Shown here one piece after another: positions 45,446-55,682 of a stretch of 64,000 bases of DNA. Each line of letters begins with the position of its first letter. Position 1 is the stretch's first letter. Source of the DNA: Rebecca billardiae RCC1528 (lineage: Eukaryota; Protista; Haptophyta); the NCBI GenBank assembly GCA_965240325.2, contig OZ251233.1, forward strand, positions 1,116,001 to 1,180,000, read 5' to 3'. The translations under genes were made by a program, and so were the position numbers. The notes beneath the pieces were generated by a model. It was not told the origin of the DNA and searched no databases. It was given only the letters and a program-made list of their open reading frames with translations.

Positions 45446-45721
45446 TCAGCCCGCATGAGCATCGCGCAAGCCGCGACGTTCGGTCTCGTGCGAGTACTCG
45501 ACGGCGTTGGCCGAAGTGCGCTTGACCGAGCCGCGCAGGCTCTTCGCGCCGGGCTCAGCGCTGCTCTTCTCGAGCAGGGCGACATCAGCCTCGGCGAGCT
45601 TGAGCTTCTGCAACTCCAGGCGTTCGTGGATGCCCTGCTGGCGGAGCGCGCAGGCGGTGAGGCAGAGCATGAAGACGATGGCAACTAGAGGATTCATGCC
45701 CTTGACTGCAGTCGCGACCAT
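45446..45721 (-). CDS. Possible small protein with N-terminal hydrophobic segment
   Basis: MVATAVKGMNPLVAIVFMLCLTACAL followed by a charged helix; coding-like codon use; no family recognised. Confidence 0.35.
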   Translation of the reverse strand: MVATAVKGMNPLVAIVFMLCLTACALRQQGIHERLELQKLKLAEADVALLEKSSAEPGAKSLRGSVKRTSANAVEYSHETERRGLRDAHAG

Positions 45722-45965
45722 GTCAACGACGAGCACGAGACAGGCGACCGCCGCGCTCGCAACGTCGACGATGAAAGCTGGCTCGCGCGTGCTTTTCGCG
45801 CCACAACCGCGCGTGCCACTTTGGCACTTGGCGGGAAAATACAGTACTGTAATGACGATGACCTCTCGATCGGGCGCGAAAGGAACGAACTAATCTTTTT
45901 ATTATTGCTTTTTCTGCCCTTTTTTCGCGCGCGAAGTTTTTAGGGACTCCGATCCGACGGCAGTC

Positions 45966-46301
45966 AACTTCGGCGAGTCCAACTACTACTAACTTCGGTG
46001 AGTCCAACTACTACTAACTTCGGCGAGTCCAACTACTACTAACTTCGGCGAGTCCAACTACTACTTCGGCGAGTCCAACTACTACTAACTTCGGGGAGTC
46101 CAACTACTACTACTAACTTCGGCGAGTCCAACTACTACTAACTTCGGCGAGTCCAACTACTACCAATTTCGGCGAGTCCAACTACTACTAACTCAGGCGA
46201 GTCCAACTACTACTAACTTCGGCGAGTCCAACTACTACCAACTTCGGCGAGTCCAACTACTACTAACTCAGGCGATCGAGTCCAACTACTACTAACTTCG
46301 G
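45966..46301. repeat. 25-bp tandem minisatellite, about 13 copies
   Basis: Consensus AACTTCGGCGAGTCCAACTACTACT, head-to-tail, with a variable number of ACT triplets and no spacers. Confidence 0.93.
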
Positions 46302-46848
46302 CCACAACATCATCCACCAGCTGCTGACCAAGAACAGGCTACACCATCGTCCACCATGACCTGCCACTGACCAAGTAGGCGACGACATCATCCGCACCAG
46401 CTGCTGACCAAGTAGGGGACGGCCTGGCCGACGCCAACATGCTCACTCGCCTTTGATTTCGTACCCATGCACTTCCTGGTGGGCCTGACGACGTCCGGAC
46501 GACGACAACAACGACATCCGCCATGGGGACCAACATCAACGCGCTCACACCACTGCCACTGCTGCAAGCTTCGACCAGTACCACTACAGACGAATCAGGA
46601 GAGCTGCGCCCTCGTGCCTGTGTCTTTAAATCATCATAGAATTAGTCAATCAGTGAGCCAGTGAGGAACCGGACAGTCACAGTGACAGAGCAGTCTGCAG
46701 CCGGACCGTACCGGACCAACCCCCACCGAGCGTGTCCGGGGCGTAGGTCCGGGTCTGCAGACTGAGTGACAGAGCGAAGCCTGGTAACGCTACTACGTGT
46801 AGAAGTGATGCAGCGCTAGTATCTGAGACTGCCATCGCCATTGGCACG

Positions 46849-49464
46849 CTATTGCGGCGCGGAGCCGACCAGCTCGGGCGCCGGCAGCGCGTCCTCTGGG
46901 GACGTCGGGTCAGCGGCGAGGCCGCCGGTCTGAGGCTCGACGGCCCGAGCGGACACGGCCGTGTGCGTGCCGCGGCGCTGGCGAGCTTTCACCGACGGGA
47001 GGAAGGCCGCTGTCCGGATCGCGCGGCGCGATGGCGAATGTTGCTCCTCCCGCTGCTCGGCCACCGCGCCGCCGTCGGTGCTGGCGGCGGCGGCGGCGGC
47101 GGCGCGCTCCTGCAGCCGCGCCGTCGCGCGCGCAGCCTCGAGCGCACGCGCCGCGCGCCGCGCCATCTCCGGCGTGAGCGAGCGGCGCTGGCCCGCGCCA
47201 TCGCCGCCGTGGTTCAACTCGGCGCCGTCGGAGCCGACGGCGGCGGCATCGGCTGCGGCCGGCGGGCCCGTGGCGGAGCCGGCGGCGGTGAGGGCCGGGA
47301 GCTTCACGTCCCTCCCCGGCGGCCTCGCCTTCACGCGCGAGCGCACGCGCGCCGATTTGGGCGCCGGCCTCGGCGGCGGCGGCGCCACACGGTTGCCCAC
47401 CTTACGGATGGACGGCGGTAGTCTGCCGCGGCGCGTTTCGCGCTCAGCGGCCGCGAGCTGCCGCGCCTTCACGCCGCGCCACGCGGCCTGCATCGTGACG
47501 GCGGCGCGCGTCACGTCCGAGTTGGAGCGCTGCGCCTTGCGCTTCAGCAGGAGCCGCGCCTTCCTGTCGGCGGGCGTGTCAGCCGCCGCCGCCGTCGTCC
47601 GCCCCTCTGCGGACGCAGGCGCAAAGAGACGAGTGTTGGTGAGCGCGCCGGCCGCGAACTCGGCGACGCCCGGATCGGCGAAGCTCATGAGCTGCTGGAA
47701 GAGGCGCGGCGCGCCGGCGGAGCGCAGCTGCGCGCACGTGCTCGCCGAGTCGTACGAGAGGTTCTGCAGCGCCGCGGCGCACTGCGCGAGGCACGCGTTC
47801 ACGCTCGCGCCCGTCAGCTTGTCACGCTGTCTTATCGTCTCGAGGAGCAGCATGGTGGCGCCCGCGCTGATGGCCGCCGCGCGGCCCTCCGCCGTGTACG
47901 CGAGGTTGGCGATGATGGTCGCGCCGCACGCGCGCAGCGCGGCGGGTGCGTTGGGCAGCCCGAGCGTGCCGTCCAACAGCAGCTGCGTGTACCCCGCCAT
48001 CTCGACGAGCCGGCCGACCGAGCACTTTGCCGAGAAGCTAGCGAGTGCGCGCGCGGCGCTGAGCCGAGTCTCATTGTCGACTGCGCCCGAGGTGCTGGCG
48101 TCCGCGGCGGGCGGGCTCGATCCCGCGGCGGCGTCCGCGCCGGCCTCGGGGTGCAGCGCGACGAGGAGCGTGCGCACCTCGCGCGACGTGCCCGCCGCCG
48201 TGTCGTCGCGCAGGTCCTGCTTCAGCCGGCCGATCAGCCGGCGCGCGAGCAGGTGGCGGCGCGCGCGCCGCTGGATTATACGCGCCGCCGCGATTCGCTT
48301 TTGCAGCAGCGCCCACTGCTGCCGCGCCTCCGCGTCGAGCTCGGTGGCGCGGACGGAGCGCTTGCGCTTGGCCGCCGTGTCGAAGAGCGCGGAGGGCGCG
48401 TGCGCGGACGGCGCGAGCGCCTCCACGTGCGCCAGCGCGCGCATCGCGTGCGCGCGCAGCTCGTCGTCCAGCGGCACGCCGGCCGCGCCCTCCGCGAGGA
48501 GACGGCGCAGCGTCGCCTCGCCCACGCCGCGCCGGAGCTCGGCGGCGGCCTCGTGGCAGTTGGCGAGGTTGCGCACGCCGGCGATGGCGTAGCGCACGAC
48601 GAGCGGGTGCTCGCGCAGCGTGGGCTCGTCCACGAGCAGCTGCACGAACAGCTCGAGCGCGTTCACCTCGGGCGCGAGCAGGAGCGCGTGTCCGTTCAGA
48701 CACGCCAAATTTGCGAGGATCGAGAGCGAGAGGAGTGCCTCGCGCGTCTGGAAGGGCGGCGGCGCGGAGGGCGCCTGCGCGGCGGCGAGCGCGCGCTCGA
48801 TCAGCGTGGCGGCGAGCTCGGCGATCCGCGCGCTCCGGCAGTTCGCGATCGTCCGCGCCACCTGCTCGTCGCCGAACGAGACGTGCGCAAGTATGTAGGC
48901 AATTTGGAAGAGCTGGTCGCGTCCCGGCACCGGCCCGGCGCCGGCCGGCTTCGCGGCGGCGGGGGCGGCGGGCGAGGAGGGCGCGGGGGCGCGGGCGTCG
49001 GCGAGGGTGTACACCCGGCGCACCGCGTCGGCGAGCGCCGGCAGCGTCTCCAGCTCCGCCTCGAGCGCCTTGCGCGACTTGCTCGTCGCGGCTTCGCGCG
49101 CGCCGACGAGGAGCGCCTCCACGACCGCCGCGGTCGAGTTGGCGTTGTACACGCTGGTGATCGGCTGGGGCGGCGAGGGCGAGCGCTTGTGCGAGGGCGA
49201 GCGGGGTGGCGTGCTACCGCGGTGCGGCACGTGCGCGCGCCGACCCGGCGAGAGCGCACGAGCCACCGCCGCGGTGCTGGTCGTCGCTGATCTGAGCGCA
49301 GTCCATCCGCCGCCTGTCGCGCGAGGCGGGGTGCTCCCGCTCCCGCCGCCGATGCTGGGCACGCCACCGCCGGGTGAAGCCAGGGCCGAGCCGGTCGCCG
49401 ATGCCGGCAGCCAGAGGTTCTCCGGCCGCGGCCGGCCGGCCAAATGAGGCCCCTCTCCCAGCAT
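46849..49464 (-). CDS. Armadillo-repeat protein with two IQ (calmodulin-binding) motifs
   Basis: ARM-like helices (LSILANLA, AIAGVRNLAN, ATIIANLAY, AAALQNLSY, AAGALTN); IQ motifs AARIIQRRARRHLLARR and AAVTMQAAWRGVKARQ. The start is inferred. Confidence 0.7.
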   Translation of the reverse strand: MLGEGPHLAGRPRPENLWLPASATGSALASPGGGVPSIGGGSGSTPPRATGGGWTALRSATTSTAAVARALSPGRRAHVPHRGSTPPRSPSHKRSPSPPQPITSVYNANSTAAVVEALLVGAREAATSKSRKALEAELETLPALADAVRRVYTLADARAPAPSSPAAPAAAKPAGAGPVPGRDQLFQIAYILAHVSFGDEQVARTIANCRSARIAELAATLIERALAAAQAPSAPPPFQTREALLSLSILANLACLNGHALLLAPEVNALELFVQLLVDEPTLREHPLVVRYAIAGVRNLANCHEAAAELRRGVGEATLRRLLAEGAAGVPLDDELRAHAMRALAHVEALAPSAHAPSALFDTAAKRKRSVRATELDAEARQQWALLQKRIAAARIIQRRARRHLLARRLIGRLKQDLRDDTAAGTSREVRTLLVALHPEAGADAAAGSSPPAADASTSGAVDNETRLSAARALASFSAKCSVGRLVEMAGYTQLLLDGTLGLPNAPAALRACGATIIANLAYTAEGRAAAISAGATMLLLETIRQRDKLTGASVNACLAQCAAALQNLSYDSASTCAQLRSAGAPRLFQQLMSFADPGVAEFAAGALTNTRLFAPASAEGRTTAAAADTPADRKARLLLKRKAQRSNSDVTRAAVTMQAAWRGVKARQLAAAERETRRGRLPPSIRKVGNRVAPPPPRPAPKSARVRSRVKARPPGRDVKLPALTAAGSATGPPAAADAAAVGSDGAELNHGGDGAGQRRSLTPEMARRAARALEAARATARLQERAAAAAAASTDGGAVAEQREEQHSPSRRAIRTAAFLPSVKARQRRGTHTAVSARAVEPQTGGLAADPTSPEDALPAPELVGSAPQ

Positions 49465-49959
49465 GTCGACCGTCCCGGGAGGGATAAACCGCGTCCCGCG
49501 ATCGACAGGTTGCCCGTGTGTGCACATCCAATTTCGTCTGGTGTCTGGGCCCGTGCGTCCACGGCAGCGGGTGCGGGCCTGCGCAGTGCGCACCCGCCCC
49601 AGACCCTGCTGTCCTTCGCCGATAGGTTCGAGTTGGGTGGCGTCAAATGCGGGTGTGGATAATTGCAGAGCATCGCGTTACCCATATCCGTCCGGCCTTG
49701 GGGATTGGGTCATTAGGCAACACGCAAGGACCCCAAACTTCAAAAAGTCATCTTGCCTTCAATTTATTGGTTCATCGCAAATGCGATGTTTCCATTGGTG
49801 CCTACGCGTATCGCCGTGGTAGGAGATGCAAAGCTGCAGTTATGCCGAACGTGATGAATCATGGAGCCGAGTAGCCGACGGACCTCCGCTTGTAACGACC
49901 TTTCTAACCTCGTTCTTCTTTGGATCTCGAACACGAGTGAATGACGATGGCTGAACTGA

Positions 49960-50817
49960 CCCTGTGCGTGAACGCCTCCGGAGAGATTACGCCCCCGCGG
50001 CGCCGGCCCATGGCTGCCGCACGTGCGTGCCCCGCATGCTTCGAGCGCGTACATGCACGCGACGGGTGTCCTGGCAGCGAGGGCGGGGTGGCGTAGATGG
50101 TCTCGTGGGAGGCGCGTCAGTGTGCCGAAGACGTCCCGACACCTCAGTGGTGGCATGCCCACACCTCACTCCTTGTCGCCGCTTGCGTGCTGGCGTGCTC
50201 GGCCAGCCGTTTGGAGTGCACGCCTGCACGTGCGCGGCCAGTGTCGGGCGGATCGAGCCGCAGTGAGTGTTCGTGCGGGTACTCCCTCTCGGTGCGCCTC
50301 TCTACCACTGCTGCAAGCCCTCGTGCGTGTCGTGGAGTTCGAAATAATCGAATCCAGTCAGACGCGTGACAAACTTCCTGGCGAACAATGTGCGGGGAAT
50401 GGCGTCAGAAATGCGCGATTTGAAAATAAAAATGTCCACGATGTGGCATACCGGACCATGATGACGTTGAACACGTTGTGGGTTCGAGTGCATGCACCGC
50501 TTGGCCCGAAGGCGCCCGACACTGGCCGTGCACGTGCAGGCGTGCACTCCAAACGGCTGGCCGAGCACGCAGCACGCAAGCGGCGACAATAAGGAGAGGT
50601 GTGGGCATGCCACCAAGGTGTCGGGACGTCTTCGGCACTCACTACAGTAACGCGCCTCCCACGAGACCATCTACGCCACCCCGCCCTCGCTGCCAGGACA
50701 CCCGTCGCGTGCATCTGTACGCGCTCGAGGCACGCGGTGACGCGGGGCACGCACATTCCGCGGCCATGGGCCGGCGTCGCGGGGGCGTAATCTCTCCGGA
50801 GGCGTTCACGCACAGGG
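49960..50817. mobile_element. Non-autonomous foldback/MITE-like element, 858 bp
   Basis: Imperfect TIRs of about 290-305 bp (49960-50250 and 50513-50817); termini CCCTGTGCGTGAACG...CGTTCACGCACAGGG; flanked by TGA on both sides (49957-49959 and 50818-50820). Confidence 0.85.
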
Positions 50818-50885
50818 TGAATAGTGAATGCGCCCTGGGCCCCTGCGTCTGATTACATCCACACGTCCTGTCTGCACAACGTGAG

Positions 50886-52208
50886 CTAGGGCCATCGCAC
50901 GCCCGAAGGAAGCTGCTCCACGCTGGGCGCGACCGCCGCGCATGCCGGTGGATCTTGCCCCTCGCACATGTCGACGTGGTGCGCGCGCACGTACTCGATG
51001 GCGGGATGCCTCTGCCGCAGTTCCCGCAGGCGCTGCCGCTTGACGCCATGGAGCACGCCGCTCAGCTCGGCGGCTATCTGTCGCACCGTGCGGTCAGCCC
51101 AGCTGGACTGACAGCGCGCCGCGGCGGGGCGACGCGCGCCACGCACACCAACGCGCACGCGCCGCTCGAGCATCGTCTCGAGGGCCGCCCGTGCGCGAGT
51201 GTGCAGCCAGCGATCCACCTCCAGCAGCGTGTCCGCAGCGGCGCGGAGCGTGGAGTTGGCGTGGAGCTCGGCATATGCGCGCTGCTTGTGCGCGGCGGTC
51301 TGTGCTCCGGCGTTCACTGGCCTCCCCATGAGCACTGGCCACGCCCATGGCACGCCGAGCTCGTGCGCGAGCGCGAGCACCGACGGCGCGAACTGCTCGA
51401 ACACACCGAGAAGCAGCGTGCCGGTCGACAGCTCGCCCTCCACCCTGGCCCGGACCGCGCTCAGCGAGACGCCCATCAGCTCGGGAAACAGATACATCGC
51501 CTGCGTGCGCCTGCGCGTGCCCTCGGCACCCAGGTAGGCGATGAAGTCCGCGAAGCGAGGGAACTTCCGTCGGTCAGCGGGGAAATACGCCCACTGCGAG
51601 ACGGAGTGGGCGAGCGGCTCGCGCACGATCGACACCGTGACGAAGCGGCAGCGTGGCCACGCGGCGCGCGCGGCCGGCAGCGCGCGCAGGTAGGTGGTCC
51701 AAGCGTAGAATTCGTCGTGGCTCTCGACGACCATGCGCGGGATCAGGCCCGTACCGCCATCTCTCGCCGTACAGTTGGACGGCGCGATCCGATCGAGGCG
51801 CAGCTCCTTGAGGCGAGCGCTGACCTGCACGGGCCACGCGAGGCTCCGCCCGGCGCTGTTGTTCACTTTGCGCGGGCGCACAAAGCCACGCGCGATCGTT
51901 TTCGTCATGGTGGCGCCCCTGAAGCCGTGCACGTAGGTCCACGATGCATTCCCGCACGCGGCCATCCCCGATAAGCCCATACGCAGCGTCGTACCCGCCG
52001 TCTTGGGGAGGTGCCGGAAGGCGACTGCGCCGCACAACAGCGGCTCGATCGGGGCATGATTGGCGCATCGCGCGGCGCGCGCTCCCATGTGCACACTCGC
52101 CGCCGCGGGATGGATGAGCGGACGTGACGCCGTGCCCGCCGTGCGCAGCAGCGCCGCCGCCCACACCAGCAGCCAGAGCCGTGAAGTACGTCGGCGGAGT
52201 GCCGCCAT
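50886..52208 (-). CDS. Sulfotransferase-family protein, tandem copy A
   Basis: FRHLPKTAGTT (5'-PSB), VSIVREPLAHSVSQW (3'-PB), LLGVFEQF, DRWLH; N-terminal anchor. Confidence 0.8.
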   Translation of the reverse strand: MAALRRRTSRLWLLVWAAALLRTAGTASRPLIHPAAASVHMGARAARCANHAPIEPLLCGAVAFRHLPKTAGTTLRMGLSGMAACGNASWTYVHGFRGATMTKTIARGFVRPRKVNNSAGRSLAWPVQVSARLKELRLDRIAPSNCTARDGGTGLIPRMVVESHDEFYAWTTYLRALPAARAAWPRCRFVTVSIVREPLAHSVSQWAYFPADRRKFPRFADFIAYLGAEGTRRRTQAMYLFPELMGVSLSAVRARVEGELSTGTLLLGVFEQFAPSVLALAHELGVPWAWPVLMGRPVNAGAQTAAHKQRAYAELHANSTLRAAADTLLEVDRWLHTRARAALETMLERRVRVGVRGARRPAAARCQSSWADRTVRQIAAELSGVLHGVKRQRLRELRQRHPAIEYVRAHHVDMCEGQDPPACAAVAPSVEQLPSGVRWP

Positions 52209-52395
52209 GCTGTTCACTGATCATCAATTTTCGATTACGTACCATACGGTGGCCTTGTATTGTCTTGGTACTCTCCTCCGGACTGCGCCGCCATCGTTAC
52301 TCGGCGGGCACAGCCCCAATCTGCAGCCAAGCCGTTACACGGCACCCTCCGCCTCCGGCGGAGGGTCTGAGGGCGGAAGAGTGGCTGCGGGCGTG

Positions 52396-53781
52396 CTACG
52401 GCCATCGCACGCCCGAAGGAAGCTGCTCCACGCTGGGCGCGACGGCCGCGCATGCCGGAGGATCCTGCCCCTCGCACATGTCGACGTGGTGCGCGCGCAC
52501 GTACTCAACGGCGGGGTGCTTGTGCTGTTGCTCCTGGACACGCCGCCGCCGCCGCTTGACGCCATGGAGCACGCCGCTCAGCTCGGCGGCTATCTGTCGC
52601 ACCGTGCGGTCAGCCCAGCCGGACTGACAGCGCGCCGCGGCGGGGCGACGCGCGCCACGCACACCAACGCGCACGCGCCGCTCGAGCATCGTGTCGAGGG
52701 CCGCCCGTGCGCGAGTGTGCAGCCAGCGATCCACCTCCAGCAGCGTGTCCGCAGCGGCGCGGAGCGTGGAGTTGGCGTGGAGCTCGGCATATGCGCGCTG
52801 CTTGTGCGCGGCGGTCTCTCCTCCGGCGTTCACTGGCCTCCTCTTGAGCACTGGCCACGCCCATGGCACGCCGAGCTCGTGCGCGAGCGCGAGCACCGAC
52901 GGCGCGAACTGCTCGAACACACCGAGAAGCAGCGTGCCGGTCGACAGCTCGCCCTCCACCCTGGCCCGGACCGCGCTCAGCGAGACGCCCATCAGCTCGG
53001 GAAACAGATACATCGCCTGCGAGCGCCTGAGCCTGCCCTCGCCGCTCAGGGAGGCGATGTAGTCCGCGAAGCGAGGGAACTTCCGATGGGCGCCCGGGAA
53101 ATACGCCCACTGCGAGACGGAGTGGGCGAGCGGCTCGCGCACGATCGACACCGTGACGAAGCGGCAGCGTGGCCACGCGGCGCGCGCGGCCGGCAGCGCG
53201 CGCAGGTAGATCGTCCAAGTGGAGAATTCGTCGTGGCTCTCGACGACCATGCGCGGGATCAGGCCCGTACCGCCATCCCCCGCCGTACAGTTGGACGGCG
53301 CGATCCGATCGAGGCGCAGCTCCTTGAGGCGCGCGCTGACCTGCACGGGCCACGCGAGGCTCCGCCATTGTCTGTTGTGCGCTTCGCGCGGGGACAAAAA
53401 GCCGCGTGCGATCGATTTCGTCATGGCGATGCCCCTGAAGCCCTGCACGTAGGTCCACGATGCATTCCCGCACGCGGCCATCCCCAAGAAGCCCAAACGC
53501 AGCGCCGAACCCCCCGTCTTGGGGAGGTGCCGGAAGGCGACAGCGCCACACAACAGCGGCTCGATCGGGGTATGATTGGCGCACTGCGCGGCGTGCACTC
53601 CCGTGTGCGCACTCGGCGCCGTGGCATGGATGAGCGGGAGTGACGCGGCACCCGCCGTGCGCAGCAGCGCCGCTGCCCACACCAGCAGCCAGCGGCGCGC
53701 GTGCAGTGCGCGCGCAACGATCAAGAGCCACGCAGCAAGGGCACCGCCCTTGCATGCAGTACGTCGGCGGAGTGCCGCCAT
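52396..53781 (-). CDS. Sulfotransferase-family protein, tandem copy B
   Basis: FRHLPKTGGSA and VSIVREPLAHSVSQW; near-identical to copy A over long stretches; stop codons are 1,510 bp apart. Confidence 0.8.
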   Translation of the reverse strand: MAALRRRTACKGGALAAWLLIVARALHARRWLLVWAAALLRTAGAASLPLIHATAPSAHTGVHAAQCANHTPIEPLLCGAVAFRHLPKTGGSALRLGFLGMAACGNASWTYVQGFRGIAMTKSIARGFLSPREAHNRQWRSLAWPVQVSARLKELRLDRIAPSNCTAGDGGTGLIPRMVVESHDEFSTWTIYLRALPAARAAWPRCRFVTVSIVREPLAHSVSQWAYFPGAHRKFPRFADYIASLSGEGRLRRSQAMYLFPELMGVSLSAVRARVEGELSTGTLLLGVFEQFAPSVLALAHELGVPWAWPVLKRRPVNAGGETAAHKQRAYAELHANSTLRAAADTLLEVDRWLHTRARAALDTMLERRVRVGVRGARRPAAARCQSGWADRTVRQIAAELSGVLHGVKRRRRRVQEQQHKHPAVEYVRAHHVDMCEGQDPPACAAVAPSVEQLPSGVRWP

Positions 53782-54289
53782 GCTGTTCACCGATACTCAT
53801 TTTATGATTTAACGACTGATCTCGCCCGCCTCCACCCGTCCCAGAAAGCCCCTGGCCCTGAGCCCGCCTTCGGCTCAGGGGGCTCAAAATGCCGACGGCA
53901 CGTTTTGAGCTCAGTGACTATGAAATGGGCTGGCAACGAATAGCTGCGGGTATTTTTTATACCAGGGAGCCTTGATGTAGGCCTGTAGGGCCTAGGGCCT
54001 AGGGGCCCTGGGACGGGTGGAGCTGTGTGCGTCTCTTATTCTTAGTAAACGACTGTATGATACGTAGTATGAATTATAATGCCTCGTGGCAGGCTGAGAA
54101 AAGCGTGCGCACTCGGCGCTGCCGGCTGCGTCTGCTAAAATGAATCCCGTGCAGTCTCAGGTCCGTCCGCAGAGAACCATTCAATGACTGGCGCTGATGC
54201 TTTGACGAAGTGATGCATGCGCTGAGAGTGCGTGCAGGTGCTCTCATTCGGCAAACTCGCTGATGCCGCGCTCGCCGCCTGGCGCCTGC

Positions 54290-55682
54290 TCACGCCCGGG
54301 GCGGAGCGGTGACCAGCGCGCGCGGCGCGGCCGGGGCAGCTGGGGCGCGTGCGGCGCCGTTGACGTTGTGCTCGGCCGCCGCTGCAGTGCCGGAGCCGCG
54401 CCCGAGCCAGTCCGCATAGACGGCGTGCCCGTCGCCGCGCCGCGCGGCCTCCTGCGCCGCAAGGGCGACGCGCTCGTCCGTGAGGAAGCCGACCACGGCG
54501 CCGATCACCACCAGCGTGGGCGAGCGCAGCGCCGCGGACTCGACCGCCTCAGCCAGGCCGGCGAGGGGTGCGCGCACGACGCGCTGCCCTGGGCTCGTGC
54601 CGTCCTGGATGGCGGCGGACGGGGTGGAGCCGTCCAGGCCCGCGGCAAGCAGCCCGGCCTGCAGCTGCGGGAGCGTGCCCAGCCCCATGTACACGACGAG
54701 CGTGCTGCGCGCGCGCGCGAGCCGCGCAAAGTCGATGTCGAGCCCGCCCTCAGCCGAGCTGCCGTCGGCCGCCGCGCCGTCGCGCGTGGCCGAGCCGCCG
54801 CCCGGCGCTGCGGGCTCCGCGGCGGGCGCTGGGCGGGAGTGGCCCGTGACGAACGTGACGGAGTCGGCGTGGTCGCGGTGCGTGAGCGGAACGCCGAGGG
54901 CCGCGCTGATGCCCGACGCCGCCGTGATGCCCGGCACGATCCGCACGGGCACGCCCCTGCGGCGCAGCGCACCGAAGTGAGGGCAGCAGCAGCAGCAGCG
55001 AGGGACGGGTCAGCAGCGGTCGCGCGCGCGCGCGCAGGAGGCTGGCCGAGATTCACGTGCCAGCGCACGCCGAGGCCCGAAGCGCGCACCGCTGCTCGAG
55101 GTACTCCATCTCCTCGCCGCCGCGGCCGAAGACCGTCGGGTCCCCGCCCTTGAGCCGCACGACCAGCTTGCCACGCTTCGCGTAGTGGTAGAGAGTCGCG
55201 TGGATCTGGTCCTGGGGGCGTGAGTGCAGGCCCTGCTCCTTGCCGCTGCGGGCGAAGGGAGGGCGGATGGCGTGTCGGCTCGGGGGGCACCGCGCGAGCG
55301 CGCGCTCCGCCGCGCGCAGGCCTCGCGGCGCGCGTGCGTGCGCATACACATAGATGCGCTGGGCGGACGGGTTCACAGCAGCCATCACGTCTTCCGAGAC
55401 GAGGCGGTCGTAGAGCACCAGATCGGCGGACGAGAGGAGGCGGAATGCCTTGAGTGTGAGGAGCTCGGGGTCACCCGGGCCGCAGCCCACCAGGTAGACG
55501 CGCGACGAGTCGACAGCGTCGCCCGCCGCCATGTGCACGCGCGCGGCCAGCGCGCGCGCGCGCAGCGGCGTCGCGCGCGCAGCCATCACGGCGGTCGCCG
55601 CGGCGACGGGGCGCAAGGCGCACGCGCTCGCGAGAGCGAGTGCCGCGACGCCGAGCGCGCCGCCGGCATGACGCCGTGGCAT
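54290..55682 (-). CDS. UPM1: Uroporphyrinogen-III C-methyltransferase (SUMT; CobA/CysG-A/UPM1), probably plastid-targeted; exons 55682-55348, 55245-55090, 54956-54290
   Basis: [64 protein letters not shown] and TLVVYMG motifs; signal plus transit-like leader; two GT-AG introns. Confidence 0.93.

Noticed and set aside
45936-45944. TTTTTAGGG as an interstitial telomere, or as a link to CCCTAAAAA near 1008
   Set aside because: It is a single unit, and the flanks do not align.
45966-46301. CRISPR array
   Set aside because: The repeats are contiguous with no unique spacers, there are no cas genes, and the context is eukaryotic.
49640-49950. Possible tRNA or snRNA in lower-GC spacers (also 53900-54250 and 58230-58500)
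   Set aside because: No cloverleaf, A/B boxes or recognisable snRNA motifs were seen by eye; Infernal or tRNAscan-SE would be needed to exclude them.
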